Assembly (NCBI GenBank): GCA_965645245.1
Contig: OZ287077.1
Span: 434,001-498,000 of the forward strand
Source of the DNA: Massalongia carnosa
Lineage: Eukaryota
Length of the DNA stretch: 64,000 nt
Reading direction: 5' to 3'
In this document: one piece after another, positions 39,246 to 50,516 of the stretch
Layout: each line of letters begins with the position of its first letter
Numbering within the stretch: position 1 is the stretch's first letter
Position numbers and translations under genes: made by a program
The notes under the pieces: generated by a model
Told to the model about the DNA's origin: nothing
The model's database searches: none
What the model saw: the letters and a program-made list of their open reading frames with translations, nothing else

Positions 39246-39753
39246 CACAATCCTTGCATCCCCTACCCCCCCCCCAATCCCAACCCCACATGTATGCTGA
39301 GCGTGGAACATTCATCAACCCTCCAATAAACAAGCCGCTGCCCTCGACTATTTGACTTCTGCCCCCAGATCACTCAACGTCCGCCACGTCTGTACCCCAG
39401 CTTAGAAGAACATGACACTATCAAATCCCATAGGGCATGCATCCATCAAGCAACCTCTCAGCCAGGGATAGAATGTCGTACACTAGCTTGGCCAGCTGAA
39501 AAAACACAAGTCGTTCCAGAAAACATTAGCCTCCTCGTCATATCATCATAAACTACAACTACTCCACCATAGCCCCCTCCTTCGCCCCCTCGCTGATATC
39601 CTTCCTTATCCTGCTCCTCCTCCTCCTCCTTCCTCTCCTCGTCATCAACATCATCATCACGCTCTCTTTCTCATTGCTAGCCTTCTCGATCGTGCCCCTG
39701 GGGGTCGTTGGCTCTTTCCATTCGTTTTGGCATCGAATCTTGCTTCGTACCGG

Positions 39754-41347
39754 ATGGAAGGCTATGATGCAATGGCGGTGCCGCCGTACCTCACCAGTCC
39801 GCTTTCGCTCCACCAGGCTGTGAGCGGCGACGATTACTTGGCTTCCCTGCCCCCCCATGGCATGTCCGACCAGCATGGCCATTACGAAACCGGCGACTTT
39901 GGCCAGGGGTGAGCGGCCACTACCGTGATCAGACGTCGGGTCTGCCAGCTAACAGGGCGACAGAGATGACATGTTTCCCCCCTCGTTGCCCCACGATCTG
40001 TCTCAAGGTTACTCGGAATCGTTTGCCGAGGCGGCAGGCTTTCTGGACGCGGCGCCCGCCGACCAGCTGGTGGTCGAGTCGGCTTCCATCGACCGCGACA
40101 ACAAGCTTCTCAGCTTCTACATGCTGGTGTACAAATTTACCCTGCTGGATTGGTCGTTGCGGCGAACGTCGCTGTCGCTGACCGCGCAGCTCCACGGCAT
40201 GTTCTTCATGGCCGAGTCGCCCAGCGCCGTGACGGTCGACATGAACACACCGCCGGCCGAACTGACGTGCTACCGCCGGAATTTGTTTCAGATCACGGGA
40301 TCCATCACCTTGCCTCGCACGCTCCGGTACATTGTGACGGAGCAAGGCGACCGAATCCCCATCCTGTCCCAGGAACTGACGATTTCGGCGACCGAATCGG
40401 TGGAGGGCCATCCGGTGAAATTGATCTCGGTCCCGTGGAAAACCCCGGCCGCCAACGCGGCCACCACGCCCGAAGACAAGACGGAGAAGGAGCCGACGTC
40501 GATTCCGCTGGACATCGTGTCGAATCACGACATGGATTCGGAGTATGCGACGTTTCCCGTTGCGTGGAAGAGGCTCCAGTTTCGGATCGCGACCGCGAAC
40601 AACGGCCGTCGGAAAGAGTTGCAGCAGCATTTTGTCGTGCGGCTCAAGGTGGTCGCGACGCTCTCGACCGGCGCCCAGGTGTCCATCTGCGAAGCCAAAT
40701 CGGGCGCCATCGTCGTGCGCGGTCGAAGCCCGAGGAACTTTCAGCAGCGAAAGGACTTCCCGGTTGGCGGGTCGGCGAACAGCGCCCGCAAAAGCATGCA
40801 AGCGCCCGCGTTGTGTCGATACTCGACGTCGGAGCGGACGCTGCCGAAACCGGAGACGAGTCCGGAACAGGCGTTTCTATCGTTTAATTTCGATCAACAA
40901 GACCTGCACACCCCCAGCAGCTTTTCCGAACGGAGCAAGCAGTCGAAGGCCGCCTCGCAAGGCCCCAGCGCTGCCGGGCACCGGCTGTATAGCCGCTCAA
41001 GCTCCGCAACCTCCAAATCGCCGATTACGGCGCCGTCTCTCCCGGAGGACTCCACCCCCAGAGTGAGGGCCAACAAAGCCGCGCGCACCTCGGTTCATTC
41101 CTTTCCCTACAAACATCCATCCATGGCCTCCCCCCCTTTTCTGTCCACGCACTCGCACGCGGACTTTCCCGACACCGATCTCCTGTACGAGCACTTCCCC
41201 CTGGGGCTTGACGACTGGATGCCGCCGGTGGACGCGGTCTACCGTCCGCACGTGGTGCATCACATGAACATCGCGGCCACCGGGGCTGGTGGACGACCGG
41301 GATTTGCAGGACGAAGCAAACGATACTTTAGCGAGGATCAATCGTAG
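39754..41347 (+). CDS. ron1: Ndt80/PhoG-family transcription factor (Ron1/XprG/VIB-1-like), 2 exons
   Basis: ATG 39754, intron 39909-39963; domain AQLHGMFFMAES...LTCYRRNLFQI...WKRLQFRIATANNGRRKELQQHF...IVVRGRSPRNF; adjacent to ngs1. Confidence 0.9.
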
Positions 41348-42075
41348 TGTACGCGGGGGTCCGTGGTTTTCTACATCGCTCGGCTTCTTGGCTTTGGGGC
41401 GGAAGAGGGGAGGGGGGGGGGGGGGCTTTCTGATTTCACGGGGCATTGCAGGGGCTTGAGGGTTGCATGGACTTTCGCGGGGGCGTCTGAGATTGTGGAC
41501 GAGCTTGGCGAACTGCATGTGTTTCGGGGTTTAGGGGGAGAGAGAGTAGGATTTTGGCATTCAAGGGTGAGCGACTCTTTTTCGTTTTTCGGTGAACCAT
41601 GAGGTCTCTTCTGGGCCGGGTGGCGCACACGCGCCTGTGTACGATCAAGGGGTCTTCAGGGGCTTGCCCCGTTGTGGGGGACGGCAAGGGGTCGGAAAGC
41701 GCGGAGCGGAGAGTTTGTTTACTGTACGAGTACGGAGTACGCACGAGCGGACAAGCGTGGAAGAAGGGTCCAAGCTCGATTGAAGGGAAAAGTTAGCTTA
41801 CTTTTGCCCGTGCAAACTTTTTTTGCCTGCCTGCTCGGGACCGTCGACCGACTTTCGACAATCTTCCGATTGGTCGAGGCAGCCCCGGCGAGTCAGCCAT
41901 CCAGTCAGCCACCACCTTACCACCTTCCCCCCCCAAGTAGTCTGTACTAACGTCTGTACGAAGTACAGAGAACCTTACCTACTACCCATTCTGTTTGTTT
42001 GTTTTTTTGTTTTTGTTTTTTTTTTGGGGAGCCTACTCTCCTCTCCGCACGTCCACGCGTTGATCTAGCAGAGCC

Positions 42076-42270
42076 GTGTGTGTGTGTGTGTGTGTATATG
42101 TCACACTCACCTTAACTTTGCGTTCGCCTTGTCATGTCATGTCATGTCATGTTCATGTCATGTCATGTCCCTGCCATGCCATGCAGGTCGGGTCATGTCA
42201 TGCACATCATCATCATGCCATGTTTCCTATTCTTGTACGTACAGTACGGTACAGTACGGTACGTACGTCA
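42076..42270. repeat. Compound microsatellite: (GT)n, (CATGT)n, (GTACA/GTACG)n
   Basis: Directly visible tandem units. Confidence 0.85.
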
Positions 42271-44529
42271 TGCCTGAGCCCGTTGGCTAGTTGGGGTAGT
42301 TACTGCCTGGTTTAGTTGGCTGGTTGGCTGATGTTGAAATGACGCGCATGGAGGGCACAGAATAACTGGTTAGCTAGGCTAGGCTGGTTGGGGAAATAGG
42401 TACATTTATAGAGTAGAGTAGGGTATGTAGGTAGGTATGTGTGTATATATGTACATAAAATACTTGTTGCTTATACGTAAGTGAGTAGGCAGATAGGCAG
42501 GCAAAGAAACGAAACGAAAACGAACAAAGCCTCCGTCTAGGTATTAACTTGACAGTATAAGATATTCGGGGAGATGCCCGTTTGTAACGAACTAGGTAGA
42601 TTGGTGGTTTAGTTGAGGGTTAGGTAGACAGACAGAGAGGTAGAGTGTTGGAGGATGGAGGATAGAGATAGGAAAGATGGATGGATGGAGCCGACAGGAG
42701 AAGGAACATTAGCGTACTGTAGGATATGATAAGAAAAGCATGTATGTATGTATGTATATCTTTATTTATTTCCTGTCCTTTCAATCTTCCTTTATTTTCA
42801 TGCCGATGTTTCTTAGATCTCGATGATGTTGTGGACTTTTCGTTTCCTTTTTCCCACACTAAGAGAAAGCGAGGAGAAGACTCGTAACTCGATAACCGAT
42901 GAATCAAACAAAAAATCCCATTCTTCATATCTCCACTCCTCATTCCCCTGTCTCAACCACCCCCCCGGAATTTTTGAAAATGATGTTGTTATTCAGGACG
43001 TTGTTTGATGAGTTCAGATGCCGATGTTCTGGTTTTCGGTGCGCTTGATAGAGTATATATTAGAAGGAAGGGGAGGGGGGGGGGGGGGGATCTGAATAGA
43101 TTGATTGATATTCTGCGAAAGAGTACCACAAAACAAACGTGTTTCTATGTTTCGTTTCTGTTCCCTGATCTGGGATTTATTTTCTTCAAACTATTGAGTT
43201 TTTTATTTTTTTATTTTAATATTTTAAAAAAAGAAAACTTCTACTTCCAAACTACTTAGTCTTACCACCAGGCAACCCCCCTGTCCGCTCAAACAAGAGA
43301 AATCCATAAACAATCCCTAAGATCGACTCGATTTCACGATTGTTTAATTTTATCATGATGTTTCCAAAAGATTATGGGCTCGAAAATAAGAAGAAGAAGA
43401 ACATAAGACTCTGAAAACCCCCCCCCCCCCCCCCAAAATCCTAATACCTCTCATCAAGTTCCTCCCCGGAAAAGGGCAAAAGCTGATTCCGCGCCCCCGA
43501 TTCCGAACGTTGGGCGAGAGAGAGAGAGAGAGATCAGATTTGCGTTTTCCCCCGGATTTTCGGTGAAGTAAAGGAGGGGAAGGCTGGGTCCCGTTCGGGT
43601 TGGCTTCGGGTTGGGGGTTGTTCGATCGAGAAAGAAAGAAAGAAAGAGAGAAAGGAAAGGGGGATCGGGATTCGAGTTTTGCCTGAATGGTGTTTGGATG
43701 TCGAAATATTCCTGTTCCTTTCTATCCACGATCCATCTAAGAATGGCATACCGAATGCTAGTTGGAGCTATGTATTATATCCGTTGCTTTGTTCTGCCGG
43801 TTTATCTCTCTTAGTCGATTTCCATCACTTGCCTATCAACACTAATCATTTCTATCTCTTCCACACTTCCTTTACTCCCTCTTATGCCCCTATCCCCATA
43901 CTTCTTTCATTTAAATCTCCCCGCCTATTTCCTGTTCCTGCTCCTCCCCTATTCCTGTATTCATCCGAATGGAACACGGCGAAAAACGAAACGTTCTGTT
44001 ATCGGGCATGTACTGAGCTGCTTTTCTTCGGGATACGTATGGTGGTTGGAAAGAATGGCAGATGAAGTAATAATAGTAATAAATGCGCTACATAAGTAGC
44101 AGAAAAACTGAATATTACTTACTACTAATACTCACTCAAATTCACCAACTCAAAGAAAGCAGCTTGAAACCCCGATCGTGATGAAACGACCGGTTTTCCG
44201 CACGTCTATCCGGATGAAAGTTAAAGGGGGGATGTCCATAGTCGTTTCCCAATAACTAATATTACTAGGTCCAACATGGGTAATGGTCACTATATACCTA
44301 ACCTATCGATCGAAAATGAGATCCAACTATAACTCAACCCAGCTCAAAGTCAAGCTATTCACCAATCTTCGCTAGCAAAAGAACAACCGCTTCATATATT
44401 AAACTCAATTGTCGTTCCTGACCGACCACCTACCTACGCGCTATCGACGCACTTCCATTTCTTAACCTTCCATCCCCCCCTAAAACCCCATACCCAGCCC
44501 CCATCCCCAACACCATAACTGACTTCCCA

Positions 44530-46647
44530 CTACCGACCCTTGCCGTACGAGCCACCACTCATGTTCCCGGTCCGCCCCAAACTCTCCCAATCACCTACCC
44601 TGGACGCCACAAAGGGGAGCCAACTCAACGACCTTGCCTTCTTGTCGATCCCACCTTCAAGCTCCCCCACCAGATCTCCACTCTTCTTTAAAGCAGCCTT
44701 TTCGTCTCCATCTCCGTCCCTTCCCATATCATCACCCTCATCCCCTTCATCTAGCTGCGGCCTACCAGCCCGAGGATCATGGATATCAACTAGCGATTTT
44801 TTTCGCCATTCAGACGTAGAGCGACGATCATCAAGAGGCGGAAACGAGTGCACAGTCCCGTCGTGGAAAGTCGATGCGTTACAAAGCAGCATTGTTGATT
44901 TCCGAGAATTTGGGAGGCTGGGCGGCCGGGAGCCATGTAATTCAGCAGGAGATTCGGAGAGGTTTGGCGGGGCCTGATGATCCCACGTCCAGCCGAAAAG
45001 TGCTTCCTGCGCCTGGAGCTGCCCTGGCGTCGACGGCGCGGAGTTTCGGAATGCCGACGGCAGGTGGGAAAATTCCGGTTCGGCTAAGGGGACGTCAGTG
45101 GCTAGGGTGACCGGCGGCTGGGCCATGAGTGGTTCCTGGTGAGACTCCTTGACAGAGGGGGGTTTACTCCCGGACGAGGGCTGGGTATGAGGGCTGACTG
45201 GACTGGCGGAACTGCCGCTGCTAGAGGTTTCGTTTTCGCGCCAGATGATTTCATGGACGCTGGAACGGGACACAAATTGAACGACGCTAGTGCGAAACGA
45301 TGACACGTCTGGTGCGGCGCGGTCAGGCAGGGAGCAAGGGCTGATGAGCATGCCGGGCGATGGGTAGATTTCAGCCGTGGTGACAGCGGTCTCGGCCAGA
45401 ATATTGTATCGTTGGGGAGTAGCTGTGATGCTGAGCAAAGTTGAAGACCTTGCCCTTGTCCTTGAAGGCTGGTAGTGGCTTTTGGAAGATGAGCGCCGAG
45501 TCAGGGGAGCAGATTGCTCCGGTCTTGTTAGGCTACACTGGGAAGATGAGACGCTCGAGGAGATGGAGGGCGATTCCCCTTTAAGGCGCTTGGAACTGAA
45601 AGCTAACAGGTTCGATGTCGAGGTGAGTATGTGAAAGGGTGGTTGAGTATCAGCGGTGGCCTCCGGGTGGGCTACTGGCATACTGCTTGGACCCGCGCTG
45701 GATAATGGTTGGTATGCTCCGCTTGCTTTGCGCAGAGTAATAGTAGCTGGAGTGGCTCGTCGTCCTCCCAGGATTGCGTTGTCCTCGAAGGCTGTATGCA
45801 GACGATCTGTATCTATGACATCACGACGGCTACTTAAAAACCCAACGTTCTCGTCACTTGCCTTGCTGTCTCCATGGGCATCCTTCGCGGCGAGAATCAT
45901 ACCAAATGTACCGGTGAAAGCCCTAGAAAATCTTTGTAAATCCATAAACGTTTCGGGTGGAGATTCCGCACGAGACCGGCTGAGCCGACGCAACGCAACG
46001 ATGGCAGGAGAAGCATCCGAGCCCTCCAGACTTTTGCGAGATGGCAGCATAAACCTAGCTTGCACGTTGTCAGAAGTCAGGTCGTCTAGGCTATCTCTTA
46101 GCTGCCAGCTACGGCGAAGGCTCTCAGGTTGACTGCTAACCAAGGACGACGGCGGATCTCTAACATCGCCAGCCATGTCCTTACTGATGGTGCTCCTTGT
46201 ATCACCTACCTCGTAAATGCTAGCATCATCTAGGCCTGCAGGCGGGGTTTCATGGGCCACAGCGGCAACGTCAGTAAAGCCAGTTTCCTCGCTATAGATG
46301 AGAGAGGAATGACTCCGCTGTCCGTTTCTCGCGTGGTGTTTCCTTCTACCGCTCCTGTGATGATGATGGGTGGCAGAAGAAGTGAGATAGTCGTCTGCTT
46401 CCCGGCGAGGCGGCGGGCTGGAGATACTTGCGATTGAGATGGGAGGCGTGAGGAAACGTGAGGAGGATGTGCTGTCGTTGCTTCTACGAGCGAAGGGTGG
46501 GAGTGTCTCTAAGTTGAGTGATGGCGGGTTGGCGCGGCGGGTGGTGGTAGTGGCTGTGAGGGCGGGGTCTGTTAGAGGAGATGGTGGCGGAGGGGTAGAT
46601 GAGGGGATGTGTGAAGATGGGGGCGAGGACATGGCGCTTTCGGCCAT
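44530..46647 (-). CDS. Hypothetical Ser/Pro-rich, largely disordered protein (705 aa)
   Basis: Long uninterrupted ORF; one short ordered-looking motif SVVQFVSRSSVHEIIWRENE; no recognised domain. Confidence 0.7.
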   Translation of the reverse strand: MAESAMSSPPSSHIPSSTPPPPSPLTDPALTATTTTRRANPPSLNLETLPPFARRSNDSTSSSRFLTPPISIASISSPPPRREADDYLTSSATHHHHRSGRRKHHARNGQRSHSSLIYSEETGFTDVAAVAHETPPAGLDDASIYEVGDTRSTISKDMAGDVRDPPSSLVSSQPESLRRSWQLRDSLDDLTSDNVQARFMLPSRKSLEGSDASPAIVALRRLSRSRAESPPETFMDLQRFSRAFTGTFGMILAAKDAHGDSKASDENVGFLSSRRDVIDTDRLHTAFEDNAILGGRRATPATITLRKASGAYQPLSSAGPSSMPVAHPEATADTQPPFHILTSTSNLLAFSSKRLKGESPSISSSVSSSQCSLTRPEQSAPLTRRSSSKSHYQPSRTRARSSTLLSITATPQRYNILAETAVTTAEIYPSPGMLISPCSLPDRAAPDVSSFRTSVVQFVSRSSVHEIIWRENETSSSGSSASPVSPHTQPSSGSKPPSVKESHQEPLMAQPPVTLATDVPLAEPEFSHLPSAFRNSAPSTPGQLQAQEALFGWTWDHQAPPNLSESPAELHGSRPPSLPNSRKSTMLLCNASTFHDGTVHSFPPLDDRRSTSEWRKKSLVDIHDPRAGRPQLDEGDEGDDMGRDGDGDEKAALKKSGDLVGELEGGIDKKARSLSWLPFVASRVGDWESLGRTGNMSGGSYGKGR

Positions 46648-47218
46648 GGAGGTGATAATGATAGCTGAGAGGATAATGATGTTGTGGTGAGGAGAGAGAA
46701 AGAGATGGCTGATAAAAGGCTTGGTGCGAGAAATTATTAAACAGAAAAACGCTAGATTGCGATGAAAATCGAAATGGCAGGTACGATGCCGGTTCTTATC
46801 TACAGCATAAAATAACTTTTAAAGCAAGAGGAACTGAAAGTCGAGCAGATTCATCAAGCCTTGATAGATCGTGAAGCCTCTGTTAGCCGGATTTCCTGAA
46901 GGTTAAACCCGGTTGGAGGGATATGAAAGAGCATTCACAGAGCCAGCAGAGAAATAAGACGAGTATTGGATTATCAAAGACCGCTTTAGTAGAAATATTA
47001 AACTTTTCGACATCCCAGGATCAGAATTGAAATGCCTATGGCGTAGCAATATGAACAATACGAGAAAAAAATGAAACGAAATCAATTCAATGGTCTCAAG
47101 CAACATACCACAAACTTACATGAACTCCTACTACATCAGATAAACACTCTTAATCGCCCTTGCGAAAAGTGAGTAGCCAAGGCAAGAAATGGTCCCGCCT
47201 TCTGCACCGCTCTGATGG

Positions 47219-49856
47219 TCATGGATCTATGGCAGGCTTATTTTGATTATCCTGATCGTCCCCACCCGATGCATTATTGCTCTCGCCAGCCATTTCGTCG
47301 CCGCCATCTGCATCGGCGCTTGTTAGCTCAAAAGGATCATCATAACCCTGTTCCAAAACAGGGTTATGTTGCTGGACTCCATCTGCAGCAACGGTACCAT
47401 TCCAACCGTCAGCAGGAAGTTCCTCACTCCATTTATTTTGATCTCCCCAGTCTAGTCCGTCGCCTTCATCCTCTCCGTCATCAGATACTATACCGTCCCT
47501 CGTTTTTTCCTCTGCGACGGACGCTTCAAAGTCTAATCGATACTTTCTTCCACGTGGGTCGTAGATATCATGGAATCTGGTCTCGGCCGCTTTTCCTTTA
47601 TTGCGATCGTCATTTCGTTTCAGCTGCCAATCTAACCAAGAAGCCATCGCCATTGCCATTCGTTTCTGCTTTTGGCCTGAAAGGCTTGATGTTGTATCCC
47701 GATTCAACGGAAGAGGCTTTGGTGGCTCCACAGGAGAAATAGGTCCGTACTCCCTTGGTACCTGCGCGGTCTTGGCTAGTTGGACAAGTGTTGCATCAGG
47801 GATTCGACCAATCGATCCAGGCAAACTCTCTTTCCAGCCTCTAGGCGCGGCGTGTATTGTGCTAGGATCTATATGAGCGGCCCTGTCTCGCCAAAGCGCC
47901 ATGAAGTCTTCATAAGGAGTTGTGCCAGCTCGGATTATTGGCATACGACCACGGGCTAGTCGTATCAGTCCACCTGTTTCCTTCATAAACCATGAGGGAA
48001 AGGAGTAGTTGAGTGGGTCAAAAAGTTCCAGGCGTGCAGCATCCAGAGCGGCAATTTGAACTTCTGGATATGCGGGCCCGAACCCTCCATACATAATCTT
48101 GCGCGTTCAAAACACTCTCTTCCAACACGAACCCTAGTGTCATGATAAAAGTATGGGAGTGTTGTACTACTCTCCACAGGACGTTTGAAAATGTCTCCTA
48201 CTTTCAAATGCCGATAATAGTTTTGTTGAGGATAGGGCTCATTACCAATGATGGTTCTCCTCCACATCCTTGGGTAATCGTTCAGAAAAATATAGCCGTT
48301 CGGTGAATCAGGTAGGGGAAGCTCAAGCTCTGGTTCTTTCTGCTGGTATTGTACCAAGGAACCACGTCGATTTTCGTCATCGGCAGGTTCAGCATAATTT
48401 GATAATGCGGCAACCAAGCTGGGATTGAAAGATTAGCCTATCAACAGGAATTTGCCTATATTTACATTAAGATGACTCACAGCCTTCTATCATCCGTGGT
48501 AGTTAGTAAGCGCATGAGTAACGCAATGCCAACAACATCTCCAATGTTGTAGGCCATCTTATCACTGTCGGTCTCCATTCCCGGACCAAGCGATTGATAC
48601 CAACGGTTTTTTTCCCATCTCTTTATTTTATCAACGTCTTCTTTAGTACGATGAGAGAGCGCTTCCACGTCGGTGAGATTAGAAGGAACCTCATTGAAAT
48701 AATGCAACAGCTCATATAACCGATCAGTCCGCATCGTCCATTGTAAGAATCTGTCGTAATTACATCTCCTTCGCGCTTTGTGCCACTCTCGACACTTGTA
48801 TTCTATAGCAGTAGCTGAATTTCTCCAGCCAAGCTGCCGACAAAGAAAGTCAAAAACGGTTGTAATGTCTACATTACTTGTTGCTTCGCACAGGCAGGTG
48901 AGACCATGAGCGTTCATATGAGTTTGCGGGGGCTCGAGCATATTATCATGTAGGTCGCAAGCATCGAGTGGTTGATTGCGAGGAAAGTATAAAGCCTGCG
49001 GTCGATGATCACAGTACCAATCCGAACGGATTTTCCATGTTGGACGCACCTGTGTCTTGTGTCCTGAGGCAAAATCTTTTTCTATATAGCCTTGACGAGG
49101 CGTTCCCTGGAATATATGCGCAATTGTAGCATCAAGGACACTAATGTCGCTCTGAAAATTGAACCAGAGCTTCAAATACTCCTTATTAAAAAGAAGTTTT
49201 TCGTAAAGGTAAGACAGCTAAATTTAATATAATCATGAATCAGCAAACAGTAGAAAAGTCTAAATGTCGCCCAATTAAAGAAAATACGTGCACACCTCTT
49301 TTACAGTCTCTGTACTGGGGTTTTGCAACATATCAAGTAAATAGAAACTGAAGACCAATTGACGATCAACAGGCAGCGTAAGAACAGAAATAAGCTTCTC
49401 CTTTCGCCCATTGCGAATTCTTTCGTGATCCCCAACGGCTGCATATGAAAGTTCCGTTTTGAGGTATTCAGCTTTCAGCTTTACATCTTTGAACTCCGCG
49501 TCGAGAGCAACGTAACGCTTCAAAGCGCAATTCTTGTGGGGATAATCTGGACTCAATGGTACTTCTTGTCCAGGCGATCTTTCCAGAGCTTCTTCAAGTA
49601 ATTTTAAGGCTGGCCTGATTTGGGAAGGATGCCTAACAACAACGGTGAAGACGTGCGAGGAATCTGGATTATCGACTAGATTTGGAGGCTCTTCTTCCTC
49701 CTTCCTGCACTCAGCCATGAAAACCCGTTCAGGGAGAGGGGCATACGTTTTTATATTCATTATAGCACTGATATCCTCTTGCGCGATAACCCTTCGCTGC
49801 GAGTCCTCCAACAACATCGATTTCTCTCCAACAGAACGACTCAACATGATTGCCAT
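47219..49856 (-). CDS. Divergent DEDDy (RNase D/WRN-like) 3'-5' exonuclease-domain protein, multi-exon; 5' end unresolved, possibly a pseudogene
   Basis: Introns 49295-49218 and 48480-48419 join the ORFs in frame. ExoI-like YVALDAEF, ExoII-like KLLFNKEYLKLWFNFQSDISVL, ExoIII-like KMAYNIGDVVGI. A frameshift or further intron is needed near 48090. Confidence 0.55.
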
Positions 49857-50516
49857 CCACCCTGGAATCCCGGTCCTTTGTAGAGACCGATTCCTTGATA
49901 GGCGCGCGCTACCAAATTATTCGTTTGATCTCAAGGACGCTTGGATCAAGCTTCTCTTGGGGCTTCAGCTTTTGCCGACTCAGGCGTTTCTCTTCCAAAA
50001 ATTGGATCAGATTTCGGCCATCATTGGCCAGGGCGAGAGCACTACAGCGCTGTCGACATTTGCCCTTGCCATCGAGTGAGACTTCTATAGTACTGAATTA
50101 CCGTTTAATGCGGAGAGGACGTCGTGCGGACAGGACCACAAACTCCCTTCTTGCCTCCACCGTACCGGACCGTTTTACTTCGTCAAACTTCGGAGATCAA
50201 CTGATCCTGTTGATATCAGTCCGGATCGCGAAAACTACGTTCTTTTACGCCCGTTGTGGGCCGTGAGAGGTGGTCGTTATGTGAGGTTTTCATGTTTTGA
50301 TGTTCCCGAAAACCGCGCTAAATCCGTCCGTCTAACGAACTTGCAAAAAACCTCGATTCGGTTTAACGTTGACTCGATATAGTTTAGTGTCGATTATGTC
50401 AACATTATTATTGTTTTGTTAACGCGTTGCTACTTCATCATTTACTTCATCATCTGCTTCATCTATTTCATAATTTATTTCAATTATCATTAATTACTGA
50501 CTATTCAATGATTTTA

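Noticed and set aside
39929..41518. Long antisense and alternate-frame ORFs over ron1
   Set aside because: Shadow ORFs caused by the high GC3 of the real gene.
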